Assembly (NCBI GenBank): GCA_963842525.1
Contig: CAWJGT010000006.1
Location: 96,001-160,000, forward strand
Source: an uncultured Holophagales bacterium
Lineage (GTDB): Bacteria; Acidobacteriota; Thermoanaerobaculia; Multivoradales; UBA5704
Length of the DNA: 64,000 nt
Reading direction: 5' to 3'
Shown: piece by piece, positions 37,951 to 47,516 of the stretch
Layout: every line of letters begins with the position of its first letter
Position numbering within the stretch: position 1 is the stretch's first letter
Made by a program: the position numbers and the translations under genes
Notes under the pieces: model-generated
Database searches by the model: none
The model's input: the letters and a program-made list of their open reading frames with translations, nothing else
Told to the model about the DNA's origin: nothing

Positions 37951-39915
37951 TCAGGCGGCCACGGTGAGGTTGCGGGTCATCAGGTCGGCCACGGCGCGGT
38001 TGAAGCGCACCGGGTCTTCCAGCTCCGTGCCCTCGGAGATGAGGCCGTAGCCGAAGAGGAGCTGGCCGTAGTCCTCGATCACCGGATCGTTCTGGTCCTT
38101 GTCGTACCGCTCCTTGAGCTTGAGCAGGATATCGTGGCCCGGGTTCAGCTCCATGATGCGGCGCTGCTTGGGGCCGCCGCCCTTGCCCTTCTGGAGGAGC
38201 CTCTCGAGCTGCGGGCTGTAGTCGTGCTCGGCGCCGACCAGGCAGACCGGTGAAGTGGTCAGCCGGTTGGTGAGGCGGACCTGCTTGACCCAGGTGTCGA
38301 GCTTCTTCTGGAGCAGCTCGAGCAGCGGCTTCATCTGCTCCTCCTTCTCCTTGAGCTCCTCCTCGGTCTTCTTCTTCTCCTCCTCGTTGCCGAGGTTGAC
38401 CGTGCCCTTGCCGACGTCCTTCAGGCGCTTGCCCTGGTACTCGTGGAGCGACTGCACCAGCAGCTCGTCCACCGTGTCGACCAGGTAGAGGGCCTCGATC
38501 CCCTTCTCCTTGAACGCCTCCAGGTGCGGCGAGCTCGCCACCTGCTCGCGCGACTCGCCGTTCAGGTAGAAGATTTCCTTCTGATCCTCCTTCATCCGCG
38601 ACACGTAGTCCTTGAGCGTGGTGTGCTTCTCGGGGTCGTTCGAGGAGTAGAAGAGGAGCAGCTCGAGGAGCTTCTCCTTGTTCTCGTAGTCGGCGCTGAC
38701 CCCCTCCTTGATGGCGCGGCCGAACTCGGCCCAGAACTTCAAGTAGGTGTCGTACTCCTTGTCCTTCATCTCCTCGAAGGTGTCGAGGAGCTTCTTGGTC
38801 AGGCCCTTGCGGATCATCGTGATGTGCCTGTCCTGCTGCAGCATCTCGCGCGAGATGTTGAGTGCCAGGTCGGGCGAGTCGACGACGCCGCGGACGAAGC
38901 GCAGGTAGCGCGGCAGCAGGTCCTCGCAGCTCTCCATGATCTGCACCTTCTTGACGTAGAGGTGCAGGCCCGGCTTCGAGGCCACGTAATAGAGGTCGTA
39001 CGGCGCCTGCGATGGCACGAAGAGCAGCGACTGGTACTCGATCCGCCCCTCGGCCCGGTAGGAGATGACCTTGAGCGGCTCGGTGAAGTCGTGGGAGATG
39101 TGGCGGTAGAACTCCTTGTACTCGTCCTGCGTGACCTCGGACTGCGGACGCGTCCAGATCGGCCGCATGGAGTTGAGGATCTTCTCCTCCAGGGGCATCA
39201 CAGGCTTCTCCCCGGTCTCCTTCTCCTTGGCGAGATCCTCGATCTCGGGGTCCTTCTCGGCCGTGAGGACGATCGGGTAGCCGACGAAGTCCGAATAGCG
39301 GCGGACGATGCGGCTGATCACCCAGCGGTCGGAGTACTCGTCGAGGCCGTTGTCGCGGTCCTCGGGCTTCAAGTGGAGGGTGATCGTGGTGCCGCGGCGC
39401 GGCTTCTCGGTCTCCTCGACGGTGAAGGTGCCGTCGCCGTTGGACTCCCAGTGGGTGGCCGATGTCTCGCCGGCCCGGCGGGTGTCCAGCACCACGCGCT
39501 CGGAGGCCATGAACGACGAGTAGAAGCCGACGCCGAACTGGCCGATCAGCTCGGCGATCGACTGCTTCGACTCGCCCTGCTTGAGCCGTTCGACCAGCTC
39601 GCGGGTGCCCGACTTGGCGATCGTGCCGATGTTGGTCACCACCTCGTCGCGGTTCATGCCGATGCCGTTGTCCGCGATAGTGATGGTGCGCTTCTGCCGG
39701 TCCGCCGTCAGGCGGATCTCCAGCTTCTCGTCGCCTTCGAGCAGCTCCGGGCGGGTCAACGCCTCGAAGCGGAGCCGGTCCAGCGCGTCCGACGCATTCG
39801 AGATCAGCTCGCGCAGGAAGATGTCTTTGTTCGAGTACAGCGAATGGATCATCAGGTCGAGAAGCTGCTTCGTCTCGGCCTGAAAGGGCAGTGTTTCCAC
39901 AGTAGCGGTCGTCAT
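37951..39915 (-). CDS. htpG: Chaperone HtpG (Hsp90)
   Basis: FQAETKQLLDLMIHSLYSNKDIFLRELISNASDA, IGQFGVGFYS, LNISREMLQ. Confidence 0.97.
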   Translation of the reverse strand: MTTATVETLPFQAETKQLLDLMIHSLYSNKDIFLRELISNASDALDRLRFEALTRPELLEGDEKLEIRLTADRQKRTITIADNGIGMNRDEVVTNIGTIAKSGTRELVERLKQGESKQSIAELIGQFGVGFYSSFMASERVVLDTRRAGETSATHWESNGDGTFTVEETEKPRRGTTITLHLKPEDRDNGLDEYSDRWVISRIVRRYSDFVGYPIVLTAEKDPEIEDLAKEKETGEKPVMPLEEKILNSMRPIWTRPQSEVTQDEYKEFYRHISHDFTEPLKVISYRAEGRIEYQSLLFVPSQAPYDLYYVASKPGLHLYVKKVQIMESCEDLLPRYLRFVRGVVDSPDLALNISREMLQQDRHITMIRKGLTKKLLDTFEEMKDKEYDTYLKFWAEFGRAIKEGVSADYENKEKLLELLLFYSSNDPEKHTTLKDYVSRMKEDQKEIFYLNGESREQVASSPHLEAFKEKGIEALYLVDTVDELLVQSLHEYQGKRLKDVGKGTVNLGNEEEKKKTEEELKEKEEQMKPLLELLQKKLDTWVKQVRLTNRLTTSPVCLVGAEHDYSPQLERLLQKGKGGGPKQRRIMELNPGHDILLKLKERYDKDQNDPVIEDYGQLLFGYGLISEGTELEDPVRFNRAVADLMTRNLTVAA

Positions 39916-40049
39916 GGGCCTCCTCCTATTGTTCTCTTCTTTGAGCCCTGCGGACTCAAGCTTCGGACCCATAAGTTTAGTCGAAGAGGCGCAATTCTGC
40001 AACTCTCCCGTCGAACCTGTAAAATCAAGCCGGTACGGGAGGAGGAGCG

Positions 40050-40517
40050 ATGGCCTGGGGACGGCAGAAGGGAAGCGGCTGCGGCGTGGCCTGGCTGGCG
40101 TTGATCGTGGCGCTCCTGGCGCTGTATGTGGCGTGGTCCGCCTACAGGAGGACAGGCGGAGAAGCTCGGTCAGCTCGTCCGGCTGGAGCGCGGCGAGACC
40201 GAGGCGCCGGCGACCGAGGTGACCGGGACGGCGGCCGATTGGCGGGACAGCCTGGACCGGGCCCGGGAACGGCTGCTCGAGAGGCGCTCGGACGTCGAGG
40301 GCGAGCGGGACCTCGAGCAGGTACGGCGGGATGTGGCCGAGATCCGGGCGAGCCTGGAGGAGGCTTATCGCGGCGCTCGCGGCGCGGGGGCCGGGGCGCG
40401 CGAGAAGTGGCGCACCCTGGACGGCGAGCTCAAGCGTCTGGAGGGGCAGCTCCGCGAGGGGGAGCTCCCGGGCGAAGGAGACGCTGGACTCGCTGCTCGA
40501 CAAGATGCGGACATGAG
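40050..40517 (+). CDS. Hypothetical membrane-anchored coiled-coil protein, apparently frameshifted
   Basis: TM segment VAWLALIVALLALYVAWSAY, continuing as helical sequence in other frames. Confidence 0.45.
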
Positions 40518-40798
40518 TCAGGAGGCGCCTCTCGACCCGGTCCTGGAGGCCGACGCGGTCTTCGCAAGGCAAAGATGCTCCTCCGTGCCGCCATCGGCTC
40601 TCCCGCGGCGGCGAGCCAGACGGTCATGATGCAGGCCTTGACGGCGCGCCTGAAGGGGATATAGTTATGCCGTCTGGGAATCGACCTTTGGGAAAGCCCT
40701 TGCCTCTCCAGGATTTCTTCCCTGTCCGACGCGGACGGGTCGCCGAGGCGGCAGTGGACTACCGGCATATCCCGGACGAGGAGATGGAGGGAGCACCG

Positions 40799-41143
40799 AT
40801 GGAAATGGACAACTACCGGGGTGTTGCGAAGTCTTACGAGTCAGGCTGTGCGCGTCTGCTCGCTGCTGTCGAGGCCGAGCTGCCGCAGGGTGGACCGTCG
40901 AACATGGACGACTTGATCGATGGCCTGTACGAGATCGAGCGCACCGGGCAGGCGCTCTTCCTGCCGTTGATCCGGCAGGCCGAGGGGGCGCCTTGGGCGG
41001 AGCCCCTGATCCGCTCGCTGGAAGCTCTGAGGGATTCCCGCTGGCGCCTCATGATCCTCCGTGGCGAGCTGGATAGGGAGGGCACCGGTCCCGCGATCGA
41101 GAGCGTCGAAGATCTCCGTCGGTTGATGCACGGCCTGAATTGA
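40799..41143 (+). CDS. Putative antitoxin
   Basis: Acidic small ORF coupled (TGATG) to a RelE-like toxin; C-terminal GPAIESVEDL resembles RelB/DinJ tails. Confidence 0.55.
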   Translation: MEMDNYRGVAKSYESGCARLLAAVEAELPQGGPSNMDDLIDGLYEIERTGQALFLPLIRQAEGAPWAEPLIRSLEALRDSRWRLMILRGELDREGTGPAIESVEDLRRLMHGLN

Positions 41144-41415
41144 TGGTCCGCCTCCTCTGGAGCAGGACCTTCGAAAAGTCTTTCAGGGCGCTTGGACCGG
41201 CCGTCCAGAACGCTACGTTTCGAGCTGTCGAGAAGCTGATCCAGAATCCGAGGCATCCCTCCTTGAACCTGGAGAAGCTGCGAGGAACGGCAGATTTTTG
41301 GTCGATCCGTGTCAACCAGGGCTTCCGGATCCTTTTGCAGCTCCGGTCGCGACGAGGCCGGGGATTTTACAGATTGGAGGATGTCGGACCGCACGACATC
41401 TATCGGCGGGTGTGA
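41143..41415 (+). CDS. RelE/ParE-superfamily toxin
   Basis: SRTFEKSFRAL...NPRHPSLNLEKL..WSIRVNQGFRIL...DVGPHDIY. Confidence 0.8.
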   Translation: MVRLLWSRTFEKSFRALGPAVQNATFRAVEKLIQNPRHPSLNLEKLRGTADFWSIRVNQGFRILLQLRSRRGRGFYRLEDVGPHDIYRRV

Positions 41416-41416
41416 G

Positions 41417-41590
41417 CTACCGCAACCACTCCTCCAACTGCACCCGCTCATCCGTCGACTCGTCCCGGTATTTGACGATCACCGGGGTATAGAGCGAGAG
41501 CCCCCAGTCCTTGCCGGCGCCGCGGGTGACGGCGCGGGAGCTGTGGACGACCACGGCTTCCTCGGGGATGACCAGGGGGTCGTCCTCGGG
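41417..41590 (-). repeat. Duplicated 3' end of dapD (direct repeat of 42366-42539)
   Basis: Near-identical DNA encoding [11 protein letters not shown]...[19 protein letters not shown]. Confidence 0.92.
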
Positions 41591-41604
41591 GGGCGAGGGT
41601 TCCA

Positions 41605-42033
41605 TCAGCCTTTCCTACGCCGCACAGCCAGCCTGGGTAGTGCGCGCCGAACCTCCCGGCGGACCCGGCGCGCCAAGGCAACCGCGCGGCGAGCTTCGGC
41701 GAGCGAGACCGGCTCGTAGTCGCCCGGGTACCGTGTGACCGTTCCATAGGTGGTCAGCCGCCGCTGTTCCTGCACCGAGAGCCCGACCAGGACACTGGGG
41801 CCCACTCGTGCAACAAGCTCCTCGATATCGTGGGTCTTCGGGAAGTCGATCCCTCTGAGGGTCAGCAGGGCTTTCAGGTACTTCTCGACGCATTGCTGGG
41901 CGTGAAACGCGACTGTGTCTGTTGGCGACTCTTCGCCCGCCCGCAGCGTCAGGGCCGCATTTTTCAGGTCGTTCTCAGCCTTCTCGACCCACTCGCGAAC
42001 GACTTCAGCGACCGCCCGTTCACTTGCGGGCAT
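41605..42033 (-). CDS. HEPN domain protein
   Basis: WVEKAENDL..AFHAQQCVEKYLKA..PKTHDI..TRYP. Confidence 0.9.
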   Translation of the reverse strand: MPASERAVAEVVREWVEKAENDLKNAALTLRAGEESPTDTVAFHAQQCVEKYLKALLTLRGIDFPKTHDIEELVARVGPSVLVGLSVQEQRRLTTYGTVTRYPGDYEPVSLAEARRAVALARRVRREVRRALPRLAVRRRKG

Positions 42034-42352
42034 AGAGGACTTTCCCGTGCCTGGCTGCGGGCCGCTCGATCGTGCCCACGATGTCTTTTCGCGATTCGAA
42101 GGCCTCAGGAGTGGTCACGATGATGTCCTTCGGGACTCGGATGTCGTGCAGCGCAACGCCGATCTCCACCGCCTTCTCCCGCCTCGATCCTTCGACAGGC
42201 ATGACGATGAGAAGGTCTACATCGCTGTCAGGACCTGCTTCGCCGCGTGCATGGGATCCGAAGAGAATGATCCTTTCCGGCCGAAATTGGCTCACGATCC
42301 GGCGGACCATTTGCCGGATTTCCTTTTTCTCAAGAGGTTTCGCTTTGCGCAT
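42020..42352 (-). CDS. Minimal nucleotidyltransferase (MNT)
   Basis: IILFGSHARGEAGPDSDVDLLIV; overlaps the HEPN gene. Confidence 0.9.
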   Translation of the reverse strand: MRKAKPLEKKEIRQMVRRIVSQFRPERIILFGSHARGEAGPDSDVDLLIVMPVEGSRREKAVEIGVALHDIRVPKDIIVTTPEAFESRKDIVGTIERPAARHGKVLYARK

Positions 42353-42365
42353 CAGAACCACCTCC

Positions 42366-43227
42366 CTACCGCAGCCACTCCTCCAACTGCACCCGCTCAT
42401 CCGTCGACTCGTCCCGGTACTTGACGATCACCGGGGTGTAGAGCGACAGCCCCCAGTCCTTGCCGGCGCCGCGGGTGACGGCGCGGGAGCCGGGAACGAC
42501 CACGGCTTCCTCGGGGATCACCAGCGGGCCGTCCTCGGGAGCGCGGTGGATGGTCTCGCGGACGAGGTCGTAGATGGGGGTCGACCGGGTGAGGACGGTG
42601 CCGGCGGCGAGGACGGCGCGGCTTTTGACGATCGTGCCTTCGTAGACGCCGCAGTTGCCGCCCACCAGGACGTCGTCCTCGACGATCACCGGCAGGGCTC
42701 CGACCGGCTCGAGAACCCCGCCAAGTTGGGCGGCGGCCGAGAGGTGGACGCGCTTGCCGACCTGGGCGCAGCTCCCGACCAGGGCGTTCGAGTCGATCAG
42801 GGCGCCGTCGTCCACGTAAGCCCCGGCGTTGATGTACATCGGCGGCATGCAGGTGACCCCACGGCCGAGGTAGCAGCCGTCGCGGATCGAGGAGCCTCCG
42901 GGGACGATACGCACGCCGGAGCCGGCCCCGAGGCGGCGCAGCGGATAGGTGCTCTTGTCGAAGAAGGGGAGATGCGTCTCCGCCGGGATCCCCTACCGAC
43001 ATGTCCACGATCACACCCATGCGGAAGCCGAGGAGGATTCCTTGCTTGACCCAGGCGTTGACGCGCCAGCCGGAGGGCGCGGCCGGATCAGGCTCGGCCG
43101 CTCGCGCTTCGCCGCGGTTGAGGGCGCCCTTGAAGCGCTCGAAGGCTTCGAAATCGTCCGCCTGGTAGGAGCCCGGAGGATGCGCGTAGAGACGCTCGAT
43201 CTCCTCGCGCAGCTCCTCAAGCCCCAA
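42366..43227 (-). CDS. dapD: Tetrahydrodipicolinate N-succinyltransferase, apparent frameshift near 42967
   Basis: [15 protein letters not shown], then [32 protein letters not shown] in a shifted frame. Confidence 0.9.
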
Positions 43228-44140
43228 ACAGCACCTCCTCGGGCTGCGCTGCGGCGGAGCCCGAGGCGATCAGGCCCAGGTCCTGGAGGATCTTCTCGAT
43301 CTTGCGCACGCTCTCGGGCCGCGGGTGGACGATCGGCAGGCGGTAGGCCGGCTCGATCAGGCCCATGAGAGCCAGCGCGGCCTTGGCCGGCCCCGGATTC
43401 GACTCGATGAAGTTGATCTCCATGAGGGCATGGAGCCGGCGGTGCAGCAGGAGGGCGGCGGCAAAGTCCCCTTCCAGGCAGAAGCGGGTCATGCGCGCCA
43501 TGGCGAAGGGGACCTCGTTCGAGGCCACCGAGATGACGCCGACTCCGCCCAGGGCGATCAGCGGCAGTGTGACGGCGTCGTCGCCGGAGAGCACGCGGAA
43601 GCCCTCGGGGACGATCTGGAGGATGGACGCCATCTGGGAGATGTTGCCGGAGGCCTCCTTGACTCCGATGACGGTCTCGATCTGGGCGAGGCGCGCGAGC
43701 GTCGCCGGGTCGACGTTCAGCCCGGTGCGGCCGGGCACGTTGTAGACCACGATCGGCAGGCGGCTGGCCTGGGAGACCGCCCGGTAGTGCGCGAACAGGC
43801 CTTCCGGCGTCGGCTTGTTGTAGTAGGGGGTCACGACGAGCAGGCCGCCGGCGCCGAGCGCCTCCAGCTCCCGGGCCAGCTCGACCACCTCGCGCGTGTT
43901 GTTTCCTCCACAGCCGGCGAGGACCGGGACCTTGCCCTTGGCCTCTTCCAGGGTGATCTCCACCACACGCAGGTGTTCCTTGCGGGTGAGGGTCGGGTTC
44001 TCGCCGGTGGTGCCGCAGGGGACCAGGAAGTGGATCCCGCTGTCGATCTGGCGGCGCACCAGCCGGCGCAGGGCCTCTTCGTCGAGGGACTGGTCCTGAC
44101 GGAACGGGGTGACCAGCGCGGTGCCGCATCCTTGGAACAT
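43217..44140 (-). CDS. dapA: 4-hydroxy-tetrahydrodipicolinate synthase
   Basis: TALVTPF, GTTGE, PYYNKP, YNVPGRT, GVKEASG. Confidence 0.96.
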   Translation of the reverse strand: MFQGCGTALVTPFRQDQSLDEEALRRLVRRQIDSGIHFLVPCGTTGENPTLTRKEHLRVVEITLEEAKGKVPVLAGCGGNNTREVVELARELEALGAGGLLVVTPYYNKPTPEGLFAHYRAVSQASRLPIVVYNVPGRTGLNVDPATLARLAQIETVIGVKEASGNISQMASILQIVPEGFRVLSGDDAVTLPLIALGGVGVISVASNEVPFAMARMTRFCLEGDFAAALLLHRRLHALMEINFIESNPGPAKAALALMGLIEPAYRLPIVHPRPESVRKIEKILQDLGLIASGSAAAQPEEVLFGA

Positions 44141-44155
44141 GGTTTCCCTCGGTTT

Positions 44156-44860
44156 CTAGGATCGGATGACGTCTTCCCAGACGGAGCTGAATTCGTAGAC
44201 GCCGCGGCGGCCGATCATCCAGCGCGCGGCCCGCAGGGCACCGTGCGCGAACCCGGCGCGGCTGCGCGCCCGGTGCTCGAGGAGGATGGTATCAGCCTCG
44301 GAATCGAAACCGATCTGGTGGGTGCCGGGGATGGCGCCCGCCCGGTTGCTCGCCACGTCGATGCCGCGCGTCCATCCTGACTCCTCCAGGACGCGTCGGA
44401 TCTCCCGCGCCGTGCCCGAAGGGGCGTCCTTCTTCCGGCGGTGGTGGATCTCCCAGATCCAGGCGTCGTAGCCGCTCTCTCCGGCGAGCAGGCGGCCAGC
44501 CGCCTCGGCGAGCCGGTAGAAGACCTGGACTCCGATCGAGAAGTTCGCGCCGTGCAGGAAGCCGGCACCGTGCCGCTCGACGGCCTCCCGCACCCGCGGC
44601 AGCTCCTCGTGCCAGCCGGTGGTGCCGACGACCAGAGGGACGCCGAGCGCGGCGATCCGTTCGGCGTTGTCCGGCACCTCGACGGCGGTGGAGAAGTCGA
44701 TGGCCACGTCGATGCCGCGGAAGGCCTCCGCTGTGATCCCCGCCCCGCCGGCGTTGTTCGAGCTGTCCAGCCGGAGGGCCACCTCGAAGCGGTGCTCGGG
44801 AGCGAGCTCCTCGATCAGCTTGCCCATCTTGCCGTAGCCGACGATCGCCAGCCGGTTCAT
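44156..44860 (-). CDS. dapB: 4-hydroxy-tetrahydrodipicolinate reductase
   Basis: GYGKMG, VGTTG, NFSIG, EIHHRRKKDAPSGTA. Confidence 0.95.
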   Translation of the reverse strand: MNRLAIVGYGKMGKLIEELAPEHRFEVALRLDSSNNAGGAGITAEAFRGIDVAIDFSTAVEVPDNAERIAALGVPLVVGTTGWHEELPRVREAVERHGAGFLHGANFSIGVQVFYRLAEAAGRLLAGESGYDAWIWEIHHRRKKDAPSGTAREIRRVLEESGWTRGIDVASNRAGAIPGTHQIGFDSEADTILLEHRARSRAGFAHGALRAARWMIGRRGVYEFSSVWEDVIRS

Positions 44861-46278
44861 GCGATCTCCTTTCCGGCGGAGCTGCCGAAGATCCGCTCGT
44901 GGAGCGCCGCGACCATGGCGGGGGACTCCTCCTCGCGCACCAGGCAGCGGACACAGGGAGCGGCCACGCCCTGTGTGACCAGGCGCGGCTCGAGCCCGCG
45001 CGCGGCCTCCAGGACCTGCGCGGCCAGCTCCGGATAGGTCGCCAGGTCGTCCGAGACCAGGGTGATGACCGCCAGGCCGGGAGCGAGCCGGATCTCGCCG
45101 AACTGCGACAGGGCGAAGTGGATCTCGAACAGGCGGTCCGGCCGGTCCAGGGCGAGCTCAATTTCCTCCTTGTGCCCCTCGCGCCCTTCGCGCACCGCGA
45201 GCACGAGGAGGGAGGGACGGAACCGCTCGCAGGCTTCGGCGATGCCGGGGACGAGGCCGTCTCCGCCGTCGGCTGTCACCGTGATCCGGCGCACGTTGGG
45301 CCGGCAGGTGATGGACCGGATGCCTGGCACGGCCTCCGGGTCGCGCCGCCCGATCAGGGTTCCTCGGCCCTCTCCCCCGCGCCCCGCATCGAGCTGAGGA
45401 TTCCAGGAGTCGAGGATGCGGATGGGCACACCCGCCCGGCTCGCGGGTCCGAGGGTGCCGTAGTGTGGCTTCTTGGCCCCGGAGCAGGCGAGCTCCAGCG
45501 CTTCGCCGAAGGAGAGGGTCCGGATGAGCCGCGCTCCGGGGACCACTCGCGGGTCCGCGGTCAGCAGGCCCGCCACGTCTGTCCAGATCTGCACCTCTTC
45601 GGCTCCCAGCGCGGCGCCTACAATGGCGGCGGAGAAGTCGGAGCCTTCCTTGCCCAGGGTGGTGGGGACGCCCTCTCGTGTCGCGCCCACATAGCCGCCG
45701 AGCACCGGCACTCGGCCGGCCTCGACACAAGGGCGGAGGGCTGCGCGCAGGCGGGGCTCGGTCTCTTCGTAGAGCGGCAGGGCACGGGTGAAGGCGTCGT
45801 CGGTGATCATGACCTCGCGGCAGTCGATCCAGAGGGATGCGATGCCATCTCCGGCGCAAGTGGCGCGGTCCAGGGCCAGCGACAGGATCGCGCTGGACAG
45901 CAGCTCGCCGCAGCCCGCCACGGCATCCGCGGCCTGGGGGGTGACCCGGCCGGTCGCGGCGATCACCTCGATCCGCTGCCGCAGGTCGCCGAAGTCCCTC
46001 GCCAGCACCTCGTCGAGCCGGGCCCGGCCGGCAGGGGAGAGCAGGGGAGAGGCCTCGCGCCAGTGATATTCGCGCATCTCGGCGAGGATGTCGAAAGCCA
46101 GGGCGAGGTCGCCCGCCGCGGCAGCGTCGGCGCATTCGAGGAGGTGCCGCGTCGTCTTGCCCATGGCCGAGACAACGACCACGGGCCGGCGCTCGAGCTG
46201 TCCGCGCACGATGCCCAGGACGCGCCGGATCGAATCGGCGGAGCCCACCGAGCTGCCGCCGAATTTGAGGACGATCAA
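44857..46278 (-). CDS. lysC: Aspartate kinase
   Basis: VLKFGGSSV, VVSAMGKTT, TTLGKEGSDFSA, IWTDVAG..ADPR. Confidence 0.9.
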   Translation of the reverse strand: MIVLKFGGSSVGSADSIRRVLGIVRGQLERRPVVVVSAMGKTTRHLLECADAAAAGDLALAFDILAEMREYHWREASPLLSPAGRARLDEVLARDFGDLRQRIEVIAATGRVTPQAADAVAGCGELLSSAILSLALDRATCAGDGIASLWIDCREVMITDDAFTRALPLYEETEPRLRAALRPCVEAGRVPVLGGYVGATREGVPTTLGKEGSDFSAAIVGAALGAEEVQIWTDVAGLLTADPRVVPGARLIRTLSFGEALELACSGAKKPHYGTLGPASRAGVPIRILDSWNPQLDAGRGGEGRGTLIGRRDPEAVPGIRSITCRPNVRRITVTADGGDGLVPGIAEACERFRPSLLVLAVREGREGHKEEIELALDRPDRLFEIHFALSQFGEIRLAPGLAVITLVSDDLATYPELAAQVLEAARGLEPRLVTQGVAAPCVRCLVREEESPAMVAALHERIFGSSAGKEIA

Positions 46279-46325
46279 CCCTCACCCTCCATCGGCGTTA
46301 ACTCAAGAGGAGATGCCTCGCTCCC

Positions 46326-46438
46326 TCGCCCAGGGTTCACACCCTGGGCTACCGAATAGCGCCCTCCGGGCTCGAAGTGCCCGGAATTCGAGAGCCCGGA
46401 GGGCGGAACTGGGTAGCCCCGGGTGTCAACCCGGGGCG
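46326..46438. repeat. REP-like hairpin cluster between asd and the aspartate kinase gene
   Basis: cccagggttcacaccctgggc, gccctccgggctc/gagcccggagggc, ccccgggtgtcaacccgggg. Confidence 0.7.
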
Positions 46439-46447
46439 TTCGTGCGG

Positions 46448-47500
46448 TCATCGCTGAATCAATCCTTCGCTGTGCATCAGCTCGGCATTGAGGAGCGCCG
46501 CGCCGGCCGCCCCGCGCAGGGTGTTGTGCGAGAGCGCGACGAGCTTGTAGTGGAAGACCGGACAGTCGCGGACCCGGCCGACCGCGGCGGCCATGCCGCG
46601 CTCCAGGCCGGAGTCTTTGCGCGTCTGCGGCCGGTCCGGTGCCTCCAGGACGTGGATGGGCCGGCGCGGCGCCATCGGCAGCTCTCGCTCCTGAGGTATG
46701 CCACGGAAGTCGCGGAGCGCGGCGAGGAGGTCCTCCCGGGCCGGCTTGCTGTCGAACTCCAGGCTCACCGTCACCAGGTGGCCGTCGATGGCCGGCACCC
46801 GGGTGCAGGTGGCGCTGATCGTCATGGGCAGCGGCCGGATCGCTCCGCCGTCCAGGTTGCCCAGGATCTTCTGGGTCTCGCTCTCCACCTTCTCCTCCTC
46901 GCCGCCGATGTAGGGGATGACGTTGCCGAGGATGTCGAGCGACGGCACGCCGGGATAGCCGGCGCCGGAGACGGCCTGGAATGTGGTCACCACGGCCCTG
47001 CGCAGCCCGAAGGGCCGGAGCGGGGCGAGAGGCAGGACAAGGGAGACCGCCGCGCAGTTCGGGTTGGTCACCAGCGCTCCCTCCCAGCCGCGCTCCTGCC
47101 GCTGGATCGGCAGCAGGCCGAGATGGCCGGGATTGATCTCGGGGACGAGCAGCGGCACGTCCGGCGCCATGCGGTAGTGGCTGGAGTTGGAGACCACGAT
47201 GTGGCCGGCTCGGGCGAAGTCGCGTTCGATGTCGCCGGCGAGCGACGAGGCCATGGAGGAGAAGACCAGCCGCGGGCCGCGCCCCGGGACGCACTCCTCC
47301 ACGATCCGGTCGGCCGCCGTGGCCGGAGGCGCCCCCTCGAGCTGCCAGGACGTCGCCTCGCGGTACGGCTTGCCGGCGCTGCGGTCGCTCGCCGCCAGCC
47401 AGCGCGCCTCGAACCAGGGGTGGTCCTCCAGGAGCTGGACGAAACGCTGGCCCACCGTGCCGGTGGCACCCAGGATGCCGACCTCGATTTTCTGGCTCAT
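46448..47500 (-). CDS. asd: Aspartate-semialdehyde dehydrogenase
   Basis: GILGATGTVGQRF, TNPNC, QAVSGAGYPG, SHNTLRGAAG. Confidence 0.96.
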   Translation of the reverse strand: MSQKIEVGILGATGTVGQRFVQLLEDHPWFEARWLAASDRSAGKPYREATSWQLEGAPPATAADRIVEECVPGRGPRLVFSSMASSLAGDIERDFARAGHIVVSNSSHYRMAPDVPLLVPEINPGHLGLLPIQRQERGWEGALVTNPNCAAVSLVLPLAPLRPFGLRRAVVTTFQAVSGAGYPGVPSLDILGNVIPYIGGEEEKVESETQKILGNLDGGAIRPLPMTISATCTRVPAIDGHLVTVSLEFDSKPAREDLLAALRDFRGIPQERELPMAPRRPIHVLEAPDRPQTRKDSGLERGMAAAVGRVRDCPVFHYKLVALSHNTLRGAAGAALLNAELMHSEGLIQR

Positions 47501-47516
47501 CGCTCTCCTCGCGCTG

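Noticed and set aside
39916-40572. N-terminal extension of HtpG in the ORF track
   Set aside because: Homology starts at MTTATVETLPFQAE (39915), which has an AGGAGG RBS.
42366-43227. dapD as a true pseudogene or programmed frameshift
   Set aside because: A single indel beside a short G run in an otherwise intact operon, in a window with many similar indels, is most likely sequencing error.
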